Source: Callorhinchus milii (Eukaryota). Taken from it: 64,000 nt of DNA. Made by a program: the position numbers and the translations under genes. The DNA is taken from the NCBI RefSeq assembly GCF_018977255.1, contig NW_024704743.1:81780001-81844000 (forward strand), in the 5' to 3' direction. How positions within the stretch are numbered: position 1 is the stretch's first letter; each line of letters begins with the position of its first letter. The notes under the pieces are model-generated. The model searched no databases. It saw only the letters and a program-made list of their open reading frames with translations, and had not been told where the DNA came from. Positions 1 through 12,539 of the stretch are shown piece after piece.

Positions 1-352
1 CATGAGAAAGACAAGGATTTTAACACCAGTAAATACTTACCACAATACATTCATCCCATATGCTTTATATTATAAAGTAAAAGCTAAACATGAGTGTACA
101 GCCTGGTTATCAATCTAGTCTACTTTGCTGTAAATGCCGCCAGCCTGCCTTGTACCCATGAACTATTGAGATGACTCTTTGGTAGTTGGTATTCCCAGAT
201 GTGGAGTTGGTATTCCCAGAAACCCATATTCAAAAGCTGTGAGCAAGCCAATCTAAATGCAGCCGCAAACGATTTTGGGCCCAACAACTGTGAAGAGATG
301 GGGCAAGGGGAAATTAACCCATCATGAGATTAAGCAGAAAGCTCTGTGATGC

Positions 353-655
353 TAATAATATAATAATAATTTGCATTTGACATAGCGCCTTATCATGTCT
401 TCTAGACGTCTTCAAAGCGTATCACAGAATATACCGTAAAGAGAATTTACTGTGTTTTTTGTGGGCGAAACGCGGATTGGGTGACCAAATAATTTTTAAA
501 ATTTTTTTGAGAAGTTATTACTGAGGACTTAAATACATTGACGTTTGATTACCCAGTCACTTATTACGTGTGGAGTAAGGAAACTTGCCTAAAGTTTCTA
601 ATTGCCTGGGAATCGAACCCAGGTCTTCTTGCTTGTGAGGTGAGTGCTCTAACCA
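353..655 (-). mobile_element. tRNA-derived SINE, older subfamily (CAC-loop head)
   Basis: Reverse complement has a tRNA-like head (TGGTTAGAGCACTCACCTCACAAGC...GGTTCGATTCCC), then the tail GACGTCTAGAAGACATGATAAGGCGCTATGTCAAATGCAA and (TTA)n. Confidence 0.85.
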
Positions 656-888
656 ATATATATGAAGGACTCATCACCAAAATTATCCACAGATAACACT
701 GGTGATGAGTTATAAAAGTACATATGTAACACACATACACACAATATAATCAATTACTGATAGTTTTGTTGTTCTAGATTAAATAAATTCATATAAGGAC
801 AAACTATTTTAAGCAGTAACAATTTGTGCCCCAAGAAAATATTTTAATATTATTTGCTCCAGAGCCAGTTGTTTTAATACAATACAAA

Positions 889-1267
889 TTACATTTGTAT
901 AGCACCTTTCAACAACAACAATAACTTGCACTTATATAGTGTCCTCCACGCAGGGTAGCATCTCAGAGCAGTTTCACGTCGGGAGGACGTCCCAAGGCGT
1001 TGGACAGTCAGGGATTTGGACCCGAGCTGGGGGGTGGAATTGTGGAGATTGGTAGGAACTGAGGTAAGAAGGAGCAAGGCCGTGGAGAGCCTTGAAGGCA
1101 AGCACAAAGATTTTGAACTCTATCCTCTGGGGAATGGGGAGTCAGTGGAGCTGGGCGAGGGTGGGGGTGATGGGGTCATGGAGCCTAGTGCAGGAGAGGA
1201 CATAAGCTACAGAGTTATGGATGATCTGCAGCTTGTGGAGGGAAGAGTTGAGAGGGCGACCTGAGAA
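889..1267 (-). mobile_element. L2 LINE 3' fragment with a second L2 3' tail nested at 912-971
   Basis: Minus frame LHKLQIIHNSVAYVLSCTRLHDPITPTLAQLH resembles the L2 ORF2 C-terminus; L2 3' stem-loop present; (TTG)n tail on the nested piece. Confidence 0.8.
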
Positions 1268-2477
1268 AGGCCAACATGAGACATAATATGAGAAAATTTG
1301 AATGGAAAAATTAAAATTTTCCAGCATGATTAAACAAGATTATGATAGGAAATACAAATAGTCATGTCATTTCCTAGAAACTGCGACAAATGCATTGCCT
1401 GGTAGGTGAGAATTAATGTGGACTGAGATTGCCTGAAGCTAAAGACCGAGAGCATCAGTTAACACTTCAAGGACTGATAGGATAATACTTTACTTGTAGA
1501 TACAAATTGCCACCAGTACAGGCTTTAAGATTAATTAAAGAAAAAGAGGAAATTATTTATTTATTTCAATGAGGACTTAAATATATTGACTTTTTTTACC
1601 CTGTAACTTCATCACAATTTTCACCTGACAGCTGCAAAACACATATGTTAGTAGTGACAATTAGTGTCTTATTTAAAGAAAAGAGGCAGTAAATATTGTC
1701 GATCATGGGCACAATCAATTGTGGGGAAGCATTTAACATATGCCAGATCCCTGACTTACTGTTAGGCCCAAAATAAGTGGAGCTTTCTAATGCTTGTAAA
1801 CATGGCCAGTGGGAGTCAAACTCTTTGACACTTCCAAACTCCACTTCCCTTACACCAAGTTTGTTGCCAGGCCTAAGACCATTATTTCTTCAGTTCCTCA
1901 GTCGAGTGATTACCACCTTTTCTGCATTAGACTGACTAAGCACTACTCATAAATGTGTTCAGTATGTGACTTGCCTGAGGTCTTGTCAAATGTTTCATTA
2001 TACAGCACCACTGCTGGCCCAGTAATGAGTTCAACCCTTAAGTTTTCAGCTCCCACTGAGTAACTTTTCTCACCATCTGTAGCTGTGTGTTAAATGTGTC
2101 CTGCCCCAGTCTCATTCAAAGCAACCTCTAATCATCTCCACCTGGCTACCTCCAGCACCACAAACTAACCACAATTAATGTAATATCAGCATTTATCGGA
2201 TTGGAAAGAAATAAAATAGACTTGCATAACGTTTAGGCCAATGCTCTTGCATATTAACAGAAGGCAGCAGCAGTGACTGCAGAGTTCCATAAGCACCTTT
2301 TCTGTGCCATTGGTATTTATATGTGACTTGGCGGAAAGTATTTTATGTAATATATTAGCTGCTGATACCACAGTATGTGGGAAGGGACTGATTTGAGGAG
2401 GAAAATAAACTTTCAGGAATATATTAAACCGATAGGCTAAGGAATGATCAATTTCAAATGTGGATGCATTTAGCATC

Positions 2478-5140
2478 ATAGAATTATTGAATTATACAGC
2501 ACAGACAGAGGCCATTCGGCCCATCATGTCTGTGCCGGCTCCTTAAAAACAGCTATCCGAATCAATCCCACTCCCCGCTCTCATCCCACATCCCTGCAAA
2601 CTTCTCCTCCCCAAATAATTATCTACTTCTCCCTTAAAAGTTGTTATCGAATTGGCTTCCATCACCCTTTCATGCAATGCATTCCAGATCCGAACTCACT
2701 GTGTGAAAAAAAATTCTCCTCACCTCCTCTTTTTCTTTTAACAACTATTTTAAATCAGTGTCCTTGGGTTATAGACCTGCCCACCAGTGGAAATAGTTTC
2801 TCCTTGGTCACCCTATTGAATCCCCTCATAATTTTGAAAACTTCTATTAGGTCTCCTCTTAACCTTCTCTGCTCCAAGGAGAATAATCCCAGCTTCTCTA
2901 ACCTCTCCTCATAACTGAAGTCCTAATTCCTGGTACCATCTTAGTAAATCTCCTTTCCACCATCTCCAATGCCTTGACATCCTTCCTAAAGTGTGGGGCC
3001 CAGAACTGAACACAGCAATCAATCTGAGGCCTAACCAGTGTTTTATAACTTTCTGAGTTATGTCCCTATTTATAAAGCCTAGTATCCCATATGCTTTTTT
3101 TTAACAGCTTTATCTAGCTGTCCTGCCACCTTCAAAGATTTACTTATATGAACCCCCAGATCTCTCTGTTCCTTCACCCCCTTTAAGATTGTACCATCAG
3201 CTTATATTGCCTCCTCATTCTTCCTCCCAAAATGCATCACTTTGCATTTCTCCACATTAAACTTCATCTGTCACGTGTTTGCCCATTTCACCAGTCTGTC
3301 TATGTCCTCTTGCAGTCCGCTACTAACCTCCTCACCATTTACTAATTTTCCTAGCTTAATATCATACACAAATTTGGAAATTGTACCCCCTATTCCTAAG
3401 TCCAGGTCATTTATATCAATCAAAAAGAGGTCCCAATACTGAACACAGTACTCTAGCTGTGGCCTAATCAGTGCTTTATAAAGGTTCATCATAACTTCCT
3501 GACTTTTGCATTCTATGCCCCACTGGGGGACACCACTGCACACTTCCCTCCAGTCAGAAAAACAACTATTCACCACCCTCGCTGCTTTCTGTATCCATGC
3601 TGCCACCGTCCCTTTAATATCGTTGATCTCTATTTTGCTTACAAGTCTCTTAAGTTGCACTTTATCGAACGCCTTTTGAAAATCCGTATAAATTACATCA
3701 ATTGCATTACCTTCATCCACCCTCTCTGTTACTTCATAAAAAAACTGTTAGGTTTGTTAGGCATGATTTGCTTTTAACAAACCTGTGTTAGCTGTTCTTT
3801 ATTAACCCATATTTTTCTAAGTGAAAATTTATTTTGTCCCGGATTTTAGACTCTAGAAGTTTCCCCACTACTGACGTTAGACTGACTGCCCTGTAGTTTC
3901 AGATTTATTCTTCTGCCCCTTTTTGTACAAGGGAATAACATTTGCAACCCTCCAGTCCTCTGGCACTACTTCAGTGTCCAAGGAGGATTGAAAGATTGTG
4001 GCCAGAGCCTCTGCTATTTCCACTCTTACTTCCCTCAGTAACCTAGGATGCATCCCGTCTGGACCGGGTGACATATCTAGCTTGAGCACTGTCAACGTTT
4101 TTAGTACTTCCTCGCCATTTATTCTTATCTTATCCAATTTCTCTACCCTCTCCTCCGATACTGTGGCATTGGCTGCATCCTCTTCTTTAGTGAAGACAAA
4201 TGAAAGTACTTATTCTGTACATCAGGCATGCCCTCTGCCTACACAAGATTTCCTCTTTAGTCCTTAATTGGCACCACCCTACCTTTGACTAAAATTTTAT
4301 TCTTTATATGCTTATAAAATACCTTAGAGTTCCCTTTTATGTTGCCCGCTAATCTTTTCTCATACAATTTCTTTGTCCCTCTTATTTCCTTTTTCTTCTC
4401 TGTACTTTCTATACTCTATTCTATATTTTGGACCTGACATTTATCATAAACCTCCTTTTTCTATTTTATTTTATTCCCATTTTCCTTAGTCATCTAGGGA
4501 GGTTTGGATGCCCTACTTTTCCCCTTTGTGGCAATGTATTTGTTCTGTCCCCTTCCTTGAAGGCTTCCCATTGCTCATTAGCTGTTTTACCTGCCAATCT
4601 TTCTTTCCAGTCCACCTTGGCTAGATCCCTTTTTACCTCACTGAAATTAGTCCTCTTACAGTTGAGTATCTTCAGCTTTGATTGTTCCCTGTCCCTTTCC
4701 ATAAGTACTCTAACCCTAATGGTATTGTGATCACTGTTGTCCAAATACTCTCTTACTGAAACTTGCTCCACTTCCCCTACTTCATTCCCAGAACTAGATC
4801 AAGCACTGCTTCCTTCCTTGGGCTGGAAACATGGTGATCCAGAAAGTTATCCTGCACACCCTTTACACTGTTATTTTTCCAGTCTATGTTAGGATAATTG
4901 AAGTACCCTATTATCACTACTCCATTGGTTTTGCAATCTGCTTGCAGATTTGCTTGTTTATCTCCTTCCCACTATTTGGTGATTCTATAGTATATATCTA
5001 AAGACATTACAACTCCTTTTCCATTCCTTACATGTAACCAAATAGATTCTGTTTTTGGACCCTCAAGCACATTATCCCTTTCCAGGGCTGCAACCAGGTC
5101 TTAATCAATATTGCACCCACCCCACCTCCTTTATTTCCTA
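2478..5140 (-). mobile_element. CR1 LINE, decayed ORF2 and 3'UTR
   Basis: Minus ORFs carry SPGPDGMHPRLLRE, PEDWRVANVIPLYKKG, DFQKAFDKV and SGVPQ; typical CR1 3' end GGGCCGAATGGCCT...TTCTAT. Confidence 0.95.
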
Positions 5141-5193
5141 GCGGCCTTATTTGATCCTCAGCTATCCTTTCCAACCCATATCTACGTCACAAT

Positions 5194-6572
5194 CTAATAG
5201 AATTTTTTGAAGAGGTGACTGCGAGGGTTGATGAGGGAAATCCGGTGGACGTTATTTACATGGATTTCAAAAAGGCTTTTGACACAGTACCACAAAGGAG
5301 ATTAATAAAAAAATTAGAGGCCCACGGTATTAAGGGGACAGTGGCAGTTTGGATTAAGAACTGACTGAGTGACAGAAAGCAGAGGGTGGTGGTTAATGGG
5401 TGTTTCACGAAATGGAAGGAGGTGTGCAGCGGTGTCCCCCAGGCATCGGTATTGGGACCACTGCTCTTTCTAATATCTATTAATGATCTGGACTTGGGCA
5501 CAGAGAGCATTATTTCCAAGTTTGCAGATGATGCAAAGTTAGGTAGGGTAGTAAATAGTGAGGAGATCGGTAACCAACTGCAAGCAGACATACACAGAAT
5601 GGTGGAATGGGCTGACGTGTGGCAGATAATAATAATAATAATAATAATAATAATCCTTGCATTTGATGTAGCGCTTTTCACGTCGGGAGGACGTCCCAAA
5701 GCGCTTCACAGAACACACTGTAAAGTGAATTGACTGTATATTTGTGGGCGAACGTGGCAGCTAATTGCGCACAGCAATGTCCCACAAACAGTCGTAGATT
5801 GAAAATGACCAATTTATTATTGTTTTTGGTTTTGGATGGATTTCAATGTGGATAAGTGTGAGGTGATACACTTAGGTAAGAAAAATGATAGGAGGCAATA
5901 TAGACTTGGTAGCTCAATCTTAAAGGGGGTGAACATACAGAGAGATCTGAGTGTTCAAATAAGTGAATCATTAAAGGTAGCGAGGCAGGTAGATAAGGCA
6001 GTAAAAAAGGCATTTGGTGTACTGAGCTATATTAGTAGGGGCATAGAGTGTAAGAGTAGGGAGGTTATGGTTAATCTATACAAAACACTGGTTAGGCCTC
6101 AACTGGAGTACTGCGTCCAGTTCTGGGCACCTTACTTCAGGAAGGACATTAAGGCACTGGAAAGGTGCAGAGAAGATTCACGAGAATGATACCAGAAATT
6201 GGGAACCTTAGCTATGAGGACAGGCTGGAGAAGTCAGGACTTTTCCCATTAAAGCAGAGAAGGTTACACGGGAACCTGATAGAGGTCTTCAAGATCATGA
6301 AAGGTTTTGAAAGGCTCGATAAGGAAAAGCTGTTTCCGCTGGTAGGTGTGTCTGTGACCCGTGAAAGGGTAGTAAAGTCCGATTCGATAACAGCTTTTAA
6401 GAGAGAACTAGATAGGTATCTGGGGAAGACGGGTTTGCAGGGTTATGGGAAGAAAGCTGGTGATTGGAGTTAGTGAAAGTGACTTGCTCTGTCAAAGAGC
6501 CGGCAAAGACTCGATGGGCCGAATGGCCTCTTTCTATGCCGTAACATTCTATGAATCTATGAAATCTATGAA
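5194..6572 (+). mobile_element. CR1 LINE, 5'-truncated (RT to 3'UTR), interrupted by a SINE
   Basis: [35 protein letters not shown]; 3' end GGGCCGAATGGCCT...TTCTATGAATCTATGA. Confidence 0.95.
5628..5835 (-). mobile_element. Young SINE, 5'-truncated, inserted in the CR1
   Basis: Matches the 3' half of the SINE at 7317; splits CR1 codons W-Q-M-D-F-N. Confidence 0.9.
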
Positions 6573-6574
6573 TA

Positions 6575-7209
6575 ACCTGCTCTGCCTTCCCCCACCTCTG
6601 AAACGTAGCCCAGCTCCGACACTGTCTCACACCGCAGGCCGCCAAAACCCTCAAGCATGCTTTCATTACATCAAGGCTCGACTATGCAAGCTCATTGCTT
6701 GTCGGCCTCCCCAACTCCTACCTCCACAGGCTGCAGATCATCCAGTGCTCTGCACCCGTGTCCTCTCCCACACTAGGTTCCGTGACCCTATCACCCCCAT
6801 CCTTGCCCAACTCCACTGACTTCCCATCACACAGAGGATACTGTTCAAGATCCTGGTCCTCACCTTCAAAGCCCTCTATTGTCTTGCTCCCCCCTACCTC
6901 TCTGACCTTCTAACCCCTACCATCTTTTTCGCTCCCTCCGCTCAGCGGGCTCCGGTCTGCTTCATATCCCCCACCTTGCTCGCCCCACTATTAGCGGGCG
7001 GGCCTTCCGCCACTCTGTACCCACCTCCTGGAACTCCATCCCACAGTCCCTCCATTTCGCCCCCTCTCTCGCCACCTTCAAGACCCACCTCAAGACCTTC
7101 CTCTTCGACCGAGCTTGCAATCACCCTGCTTTCCCCCCTGCCCTCCACCCTCTCCCACCCCGATGTGAAAGGCGCTATACAAATGTAATTTTGTTGTTGT
7201 TGTTGTTGT
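6575..7209 (+). mobile_element. L2 LINE 3' fragment
   Basis: LVGLPNSYLHRLQIIQ and DPITPILAQLH; 3' end GAAAGGCGCTATACAAATG followed by (TTG)n. Confidence 0.9.
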
Positions 7210-7316
7210 CCTCACTCCGGTATGTCCTCGCTCTGCTGAGCTCTCTGCTCAAGTTATTTGTTGAAAGAAAATTAAGAATCCAATTTGCACAAGGCAATGA
7301 AGTGGAAGATTATTGT

Positions 7317-7641
7317 GGAGTCCTGTAGCTCAGTGGTTAGAGCACTCGCTTTGCAAGCGAGAGACCTGAGTTCAATTCCAGGCAGAGGGCGAAACCTTGG
7401 ACAAGTTTCCTTACTCCAAACGCCTAATAATAATCCCTCCAAAACCAAAAACAATAATAAATTGGTCATTTTCAATCTACGACTGTTTGTGGGACATTGC
7501 TGTGTGCAATTGGCTGCCGCGTTCGCCCACAAATATACAGTCAATTCGCTTTACAGTGTGTTCTGTGAAGCACTTTGGGATGTCCTCCCGACGTGAAAAG
7601 CGCTATATCAAATGCAAGGATAATTATTATTATTATTATTA
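7317..7641 (+). mobile_element. Young tRNA-derived SINE (TGC-loop head, Deu-like body, L2-type tail)
   Basis: A box TAGCTCAGTGG, B box AGTTCAATTCC, anticodon-like arm CTCGC-TTTGCAA-GCGAG, L2-like tail and (TTA)n; near-identical copies at 16293, 29019 and 53536. Confidence 0.93.
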
Positions 7642-8369
7642 ATTTTTTTAAATCTGGGCGACTGTTGGCCAGGACATAGAGAGAAACTCCCTTTTCTTTT
7701 TGAAGTCGTAATGTTCGCCTCAACAGGTGATCAGGACTTCAGTTTAATGTCTCATCTGACGAACAATGCAATGCTCCCACCAGCACCGTCCTAGACTATG
7801 ATTTCAAAATCCAAATGTGGGACACGCTCTTCTGACTCAAAATCAGGCAGATTGACATCCTACATAGAATGTCTCAAAGCATTTCACACTGAGTTACTTT
7901 GAAATGTAGGAATTGCTACTGTAGGAAAACCCTATCATAATATAGAAGTCTTAATGTTATAATGAAGCCTTGGAAAATAAATTACTTCTGGGTGATCGGG
8001 TTGCCTCTGAGGTCACTTCCTGTGAAAGTGGCGTGCAGGAAGTGATATCACAGGTAATGTCAGCTATTCTTTAGCCTGTGAAGCAGTGTGTATGTACCCC
8101 ACTTCCCGTATAGCAGGGATCCACAGTAGATCTGTGCTCTCAGTGAACTGAGTGAACTCAGTGAACCTACACTCAGCTAGGGTCATATTCCAATAGAGCC
8201 TTTTGTATGTAGGCAACATGATAATTAAATACATCATCGAAAAAGTATCTGACTATAAATTAGTTGATTTATTTTAACTTTTAATTTAACTTTTAATTTA
8301 TTAATTAAAAGTTATTCTAATCTCAGATAGATCACTGGCGAGGCTATCTTTGAAATATTATGTGCCGTT

Positions 8370-8780
8370 TGGGCACATTATATTGGAGACATTGAATCAC
8401 TGGAAAAGGTTCAGAGAAGAGCAGCAAGGATGATTCACATGAGGAATTGTGTCTCTGTCTTGCAAGGAGAGGGTTCCCAGAGACTGAATTTGGATCATTA
8501 GAGAAAGGAAGTTGGTGGGCGGGGGAAGGATTCAGGTCTTGTTGCAAAGAATAATGACATGGCTGTAAGCAGACTGTTTACGTTGACAGTGATGATAGAA
8601 CTGGAGGATATAGGTTTACAATTTATAATTTCAAATAAATCTGCATCTTAAAATGTTTATTTTTCCTCACAGAGCAGCAGGTTTGTGGAACTAAATGCTA
8701 TATCAATTAAACTGCTTCAAAAATGAACTGACTGAGTGATTAGGAGCAGCATTGAAGTTTGGAAGAAGAGGTGCAGACTG
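8370..8780 (+). mobile_element. Ancient CR1 3' fragment
   Basis: GACATTGAATCACTGGAAAAGGTTCAGAGAAGAGCAGCAAGGATGATT translates as DIESLEKVQRRAARMI. Confidence 0.7.
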
Positions 8781-9388
8781 AGATGACAAAACGCTCTATG
8801 AATCACAATGGTTTCTATACCACTAGGGCCTGCTTATAGGAGGTGGAAATGTTTCCTAGAGAATAGGAAGTCAGGTGTGAATAGGAGACAATAATACAAA
8901 ATTAAAAATAAGACTTACATTTGTGCCTTTCACAGCAGGAAGACATCTCAAAGTGCTTCACCGCATTTACTGTAATATGTAGTGACCATGTTTTTGTAGG
9001 CGAATTGTGCATTTTGTATTTTGTAGAATAGACTATTCTTACATTTGTGTTTGGTTACCTTGTGAATCAAGAGGAATTTGTGGAGAACATTCCTCCGAGA
9101 GATAAAGTGAGGAAGGCGGGGTTCACAATGTGGTAGGAATTGTTGTGGCCTGTAGGAGGAGCAGCCTTAATGGGCCAAACTTGCTAGAACTCCTTTTCTC
9201 ATGACATTTGTTGGAAAATATGTTTCCATTAGTTCCAAATGTAATCTTACTTGACAGTTCCCTTCCCAGAGTTTGTGAGGCACAGCAGCCATATCAACTG
9301 GGAAAATCCATACAAAGCTATCTACTTAACCATCTGCCTCTCTGACGCCTCAACCTTGCCACACATTCACTGAAGATGTCAGTGAAGG

Positions 9389-10035
9389 TGCAATCTATTA
9401 TTTGCAAATATTGAATTGCAATATTCCAGGTCAGATTTGAAAGGGTGAATCACAAATCCCAAACTGGGAAATGTTGAAAAATGCTTGTGAGCATATCAGC
9501 CAGTGATTCTCAGCATCATTGAGTACCTTCATAACAATGTGATTGTTCTACAAGACTTTTGAAGGTGTTAGAATGGTCCTGTTGTCCATGGCTGCAAATG
9601 TAGTCTACTGCCTGTTTCTACACATGAAAGTATTTCTGTGACTTTCATTATGCTGTTTAAGCTTTTTATTGAGAGAGCACAAAGTTCTTGCCAAGCAGTT
9701 TGACTGGTACAAGGGCAGTTCAAAAACAATTTGGATGTATATGGCATCTATAACATATGGTAATATTTTGAAAGATTTTACAAAGACGGGAAGAAATCTG
9801 AGTAAGATGGAAAAATGAGGGTAGGGTGATTGGAGACATGGAAAGATATTGGAAGCCATATTCAAAAGTCTTGTAGAACAATCACATTGTTATGAAGGTA
9901 CTCAATGATGCTGAGAATCACTGGCTGATATGCTCACAAGCATTTTTCAACATTTCCCAGTTTGGGATTTGTGATGCACCCTTTCAAATCTGACCTGGAA
10001 TATTGCAATTTAATATTTGCAAATAATAGATTGCA
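9389..10035. repeat. Long inverted repeat: 175-bp arms (9389-9563 and 9861-10035), 297-bp spacer
   Basis: Direct comparison; two mismatches seen. Confidence 0.95.
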
Positions 10036-10464
10036 ACGAGCATAACCAGGCTAGTTTGTAAATATTTCTTACATTATATACGTTATGTTACTTATATTGA
10101 GGCAAGCTGTGTTCACATTGTGCCAGGAGAATTGTACGTTAGTGGGACTCAACAACAACTTGCAATTATACAGCACCCTTCATGCGGTATAGCATCTTGG
10201 AACGCTTAAGCCAACATTGTGCACTTTCCAGCAGAAAACGACTGTTAGTTATTAAATCAAAAGACAAAGCTGTAGGATTGTCTATCACTAAAGCAACAGA
10301 ACAAGGGAGCACAAGTTCACACCAGCTTAGTACTCCAGGAAGTATTCCTTTACACAGAGGGTAATCAATAGCTCCAATCAGTTACCAGGAAGTACAGTGG
10401 ACTCATGCAAGAAACAGCTTGATGCTGCAATGAGACCTGAATCTCTGTTGTAAGCTTGACACCC

Positions 10465-10765
10465 ACAAGCAAAGTGCTTCACAGGATTTTATTGTGAAGT
10501 GTAAGTAATGACAGTACATTCCCATATTTCAAGGCAAATTTTGCATACAGCAAAGTCCCACAAACAGCCATGAGGTGAATGATCAGTTCTATCTGTCAGA
10601 TTGCTTGCATGACATTGGGAGAGACTCCTTTCTCTTTTTTCAAATAGTGTCATAGGCATTTGAATAGGCAGATGTGTTTACTGGTTTTGGTTTAATGTCT
10701 CATCAGGAGGATGCCATCTCTGAAATTGCAGCACTCCCCATACTGCATTGGAGTGTCAGCGTAAA
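10465..10765 (-). mobile_element. Old DeuSINE-like SINE
   Basis: Reverse complement contains GCTGACACTCCAATGCAGT and GGCTGTTTGTGGGACTTTGCTGTATGCAAA, shared with other old copies. Confidence 0.7.
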
Positions 10766-12539
10766 TGTGAGTTTTGGGAGGAAGGAATGTGGTTTGTGAA
10801 GCTGCTTTCTGCCATATTTTGAGGCGGAGTCTACTCACATTATGCCAGGAGCATTGTATGTTAATGGGTCAACTTACTGTATTAAGCTTGTTCAAAAAAA
10901 TTCATTTATAATTATATACATCATGCAATTTTATGGGAAATATAATATGAATATATATATACAGTATAGCCATATAAAAGTGAGAGGGTGGTGGCACTTT
11001 GCCACTTGTTAATAACCTACAACTAATTGATACTAAGCAGCTGAATCGTTTGAATATCCAAGAGTATGTGCTGTAGAGCTTTGCAAAGGAACTGAAAGGC
11101 CAACATGTGCAGCATTGACCTTCCCAGCTTGTTCCTTGTAACGGTCTTAATAATTAACATGTGACCATGTAAAGAGAAATCAGGGTCTGAAGTTGAAGTA
11201 ACGTGTGCTACAAAATATGCTGTCACTGGTTCCACAACAAACGTTTGCTGCCATAGCAACAGTGTAAGCCAAAACTATTCAGCATTTTGAAATATTAATC
11301 CACCCTTTGTGTGAGATCAGATGGGTGGGAGGGGGTGGTTGTGTGTGGGGAAGATGTTGAGTGCTCAATAGATCAGAAACACAAAAGGAATGTCATATTT
11401 CTTTCTCTTAAATAAAATTAGTGAAGCTAATGCTGGGAGAATTTGCAACATCCTTGTTTACATCTGGCCCCATCAAGTCAACAGTGGCTCATTGGAAGAG
11501 ATATAAAGCCATAGTCATAAAGCCTTAGTCATAAAGTCAAATTCAATAAGTTCATGAACCCATAAAATTCAATGAGAGAAACATAGTAATTATGCTGTAT
11601 GCTCTAATTTAATAGATTTTGTACATTAAGTAGCTTCCCAGTAGGGTGCAGCTGTGTACAACAGTAATTCATATCTTTGTAACTACGCAAAGCTTGACGT
11701 ACTGCACTTACAGAGGAGAGGTGGTTTTCTGGACAGCTATTGACTTTCTAGATTATGCAGGGCAGATTCACGATTCAAGTCTCTGTTGAATATTGTCTGT
11801 AATAATTCAGCTGCTGTTTGTCATTCAGGCAGGGAGTTAACCACTCCCGCGGGACTGGAGTCGTCAGCAGGGTAAAACACAATGTGAAAATAATAGATAC
11901 TGAGAAAAGTGAGCCGATTTAAGAAATCCTGGTAAGAATGTATTTCAGATAGATAAAGGGGACGGTGCGAATGGGTGGTTAGGAGGAAATAGGGAGGATA
12001 TCAGACCAATGAGGGAATGGACTGGGCTTCATTTGTCCTGAAGCAACATTTTGGGAACTATTCTACAGATATGTGGATATGTTTTCCCTATTACTGACAG
12101 ACAGAAATTAAGATTTTGGTTGGAAATTGTTTTACTTTTGCTTCCAATATTCAGTGAGTAAATGCATTACCCAGTGAAAACTAAAGAATACAGATCCCGA
12201 AGTTCCTAAATATGATCTCTGGTTTATGTTAGGAAAACAGGAGGAGGCCATTCAGCTATTGAACCTGTTCCACCAGTTTATCAGGTCTTGACAGATATTT
12301 TAATCTCAATCCCTTTCACTATACTTCTTTATGGCACAAATCAAGAAATATTCAATCAAGAAAATGTATCTTGTTGGCTGACCAAAAATGTTAGCTAGTT
12401 CTGATGTAAATTGATTGTTGATGATGAGGAACTGTACTAGAAGAAATTCAATGGTGAAAATACAAAGGAGATAATAGAATGATTATTGGCCAGAAATGCT
12501 TCCAAGCACCTAAATGAGAATGATTATATTGTGCAATGC

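Noticed and set aside
683..691. DnaA box TTATCCACA
   Set aside because: A single 9-mer in vertebrate DNA; chance occurrence
2478..6572. Single CR1 with a 5' inversion
   Set aside because: Both arms have their own RT region and 3' end, so they are two independent copies
7317..7390. tRNA-Ala(TGC) gene, and similar heads elsewhere
   Set aside because: No proper acceptor stem; it runs straight into a SINE body and tail and occurs in many copies
11870..11940. Exon ending at CTG|GTAAGA
   Set aside because: No supporting ORF homology or convincing acceptor; cannot be supported without transcripts
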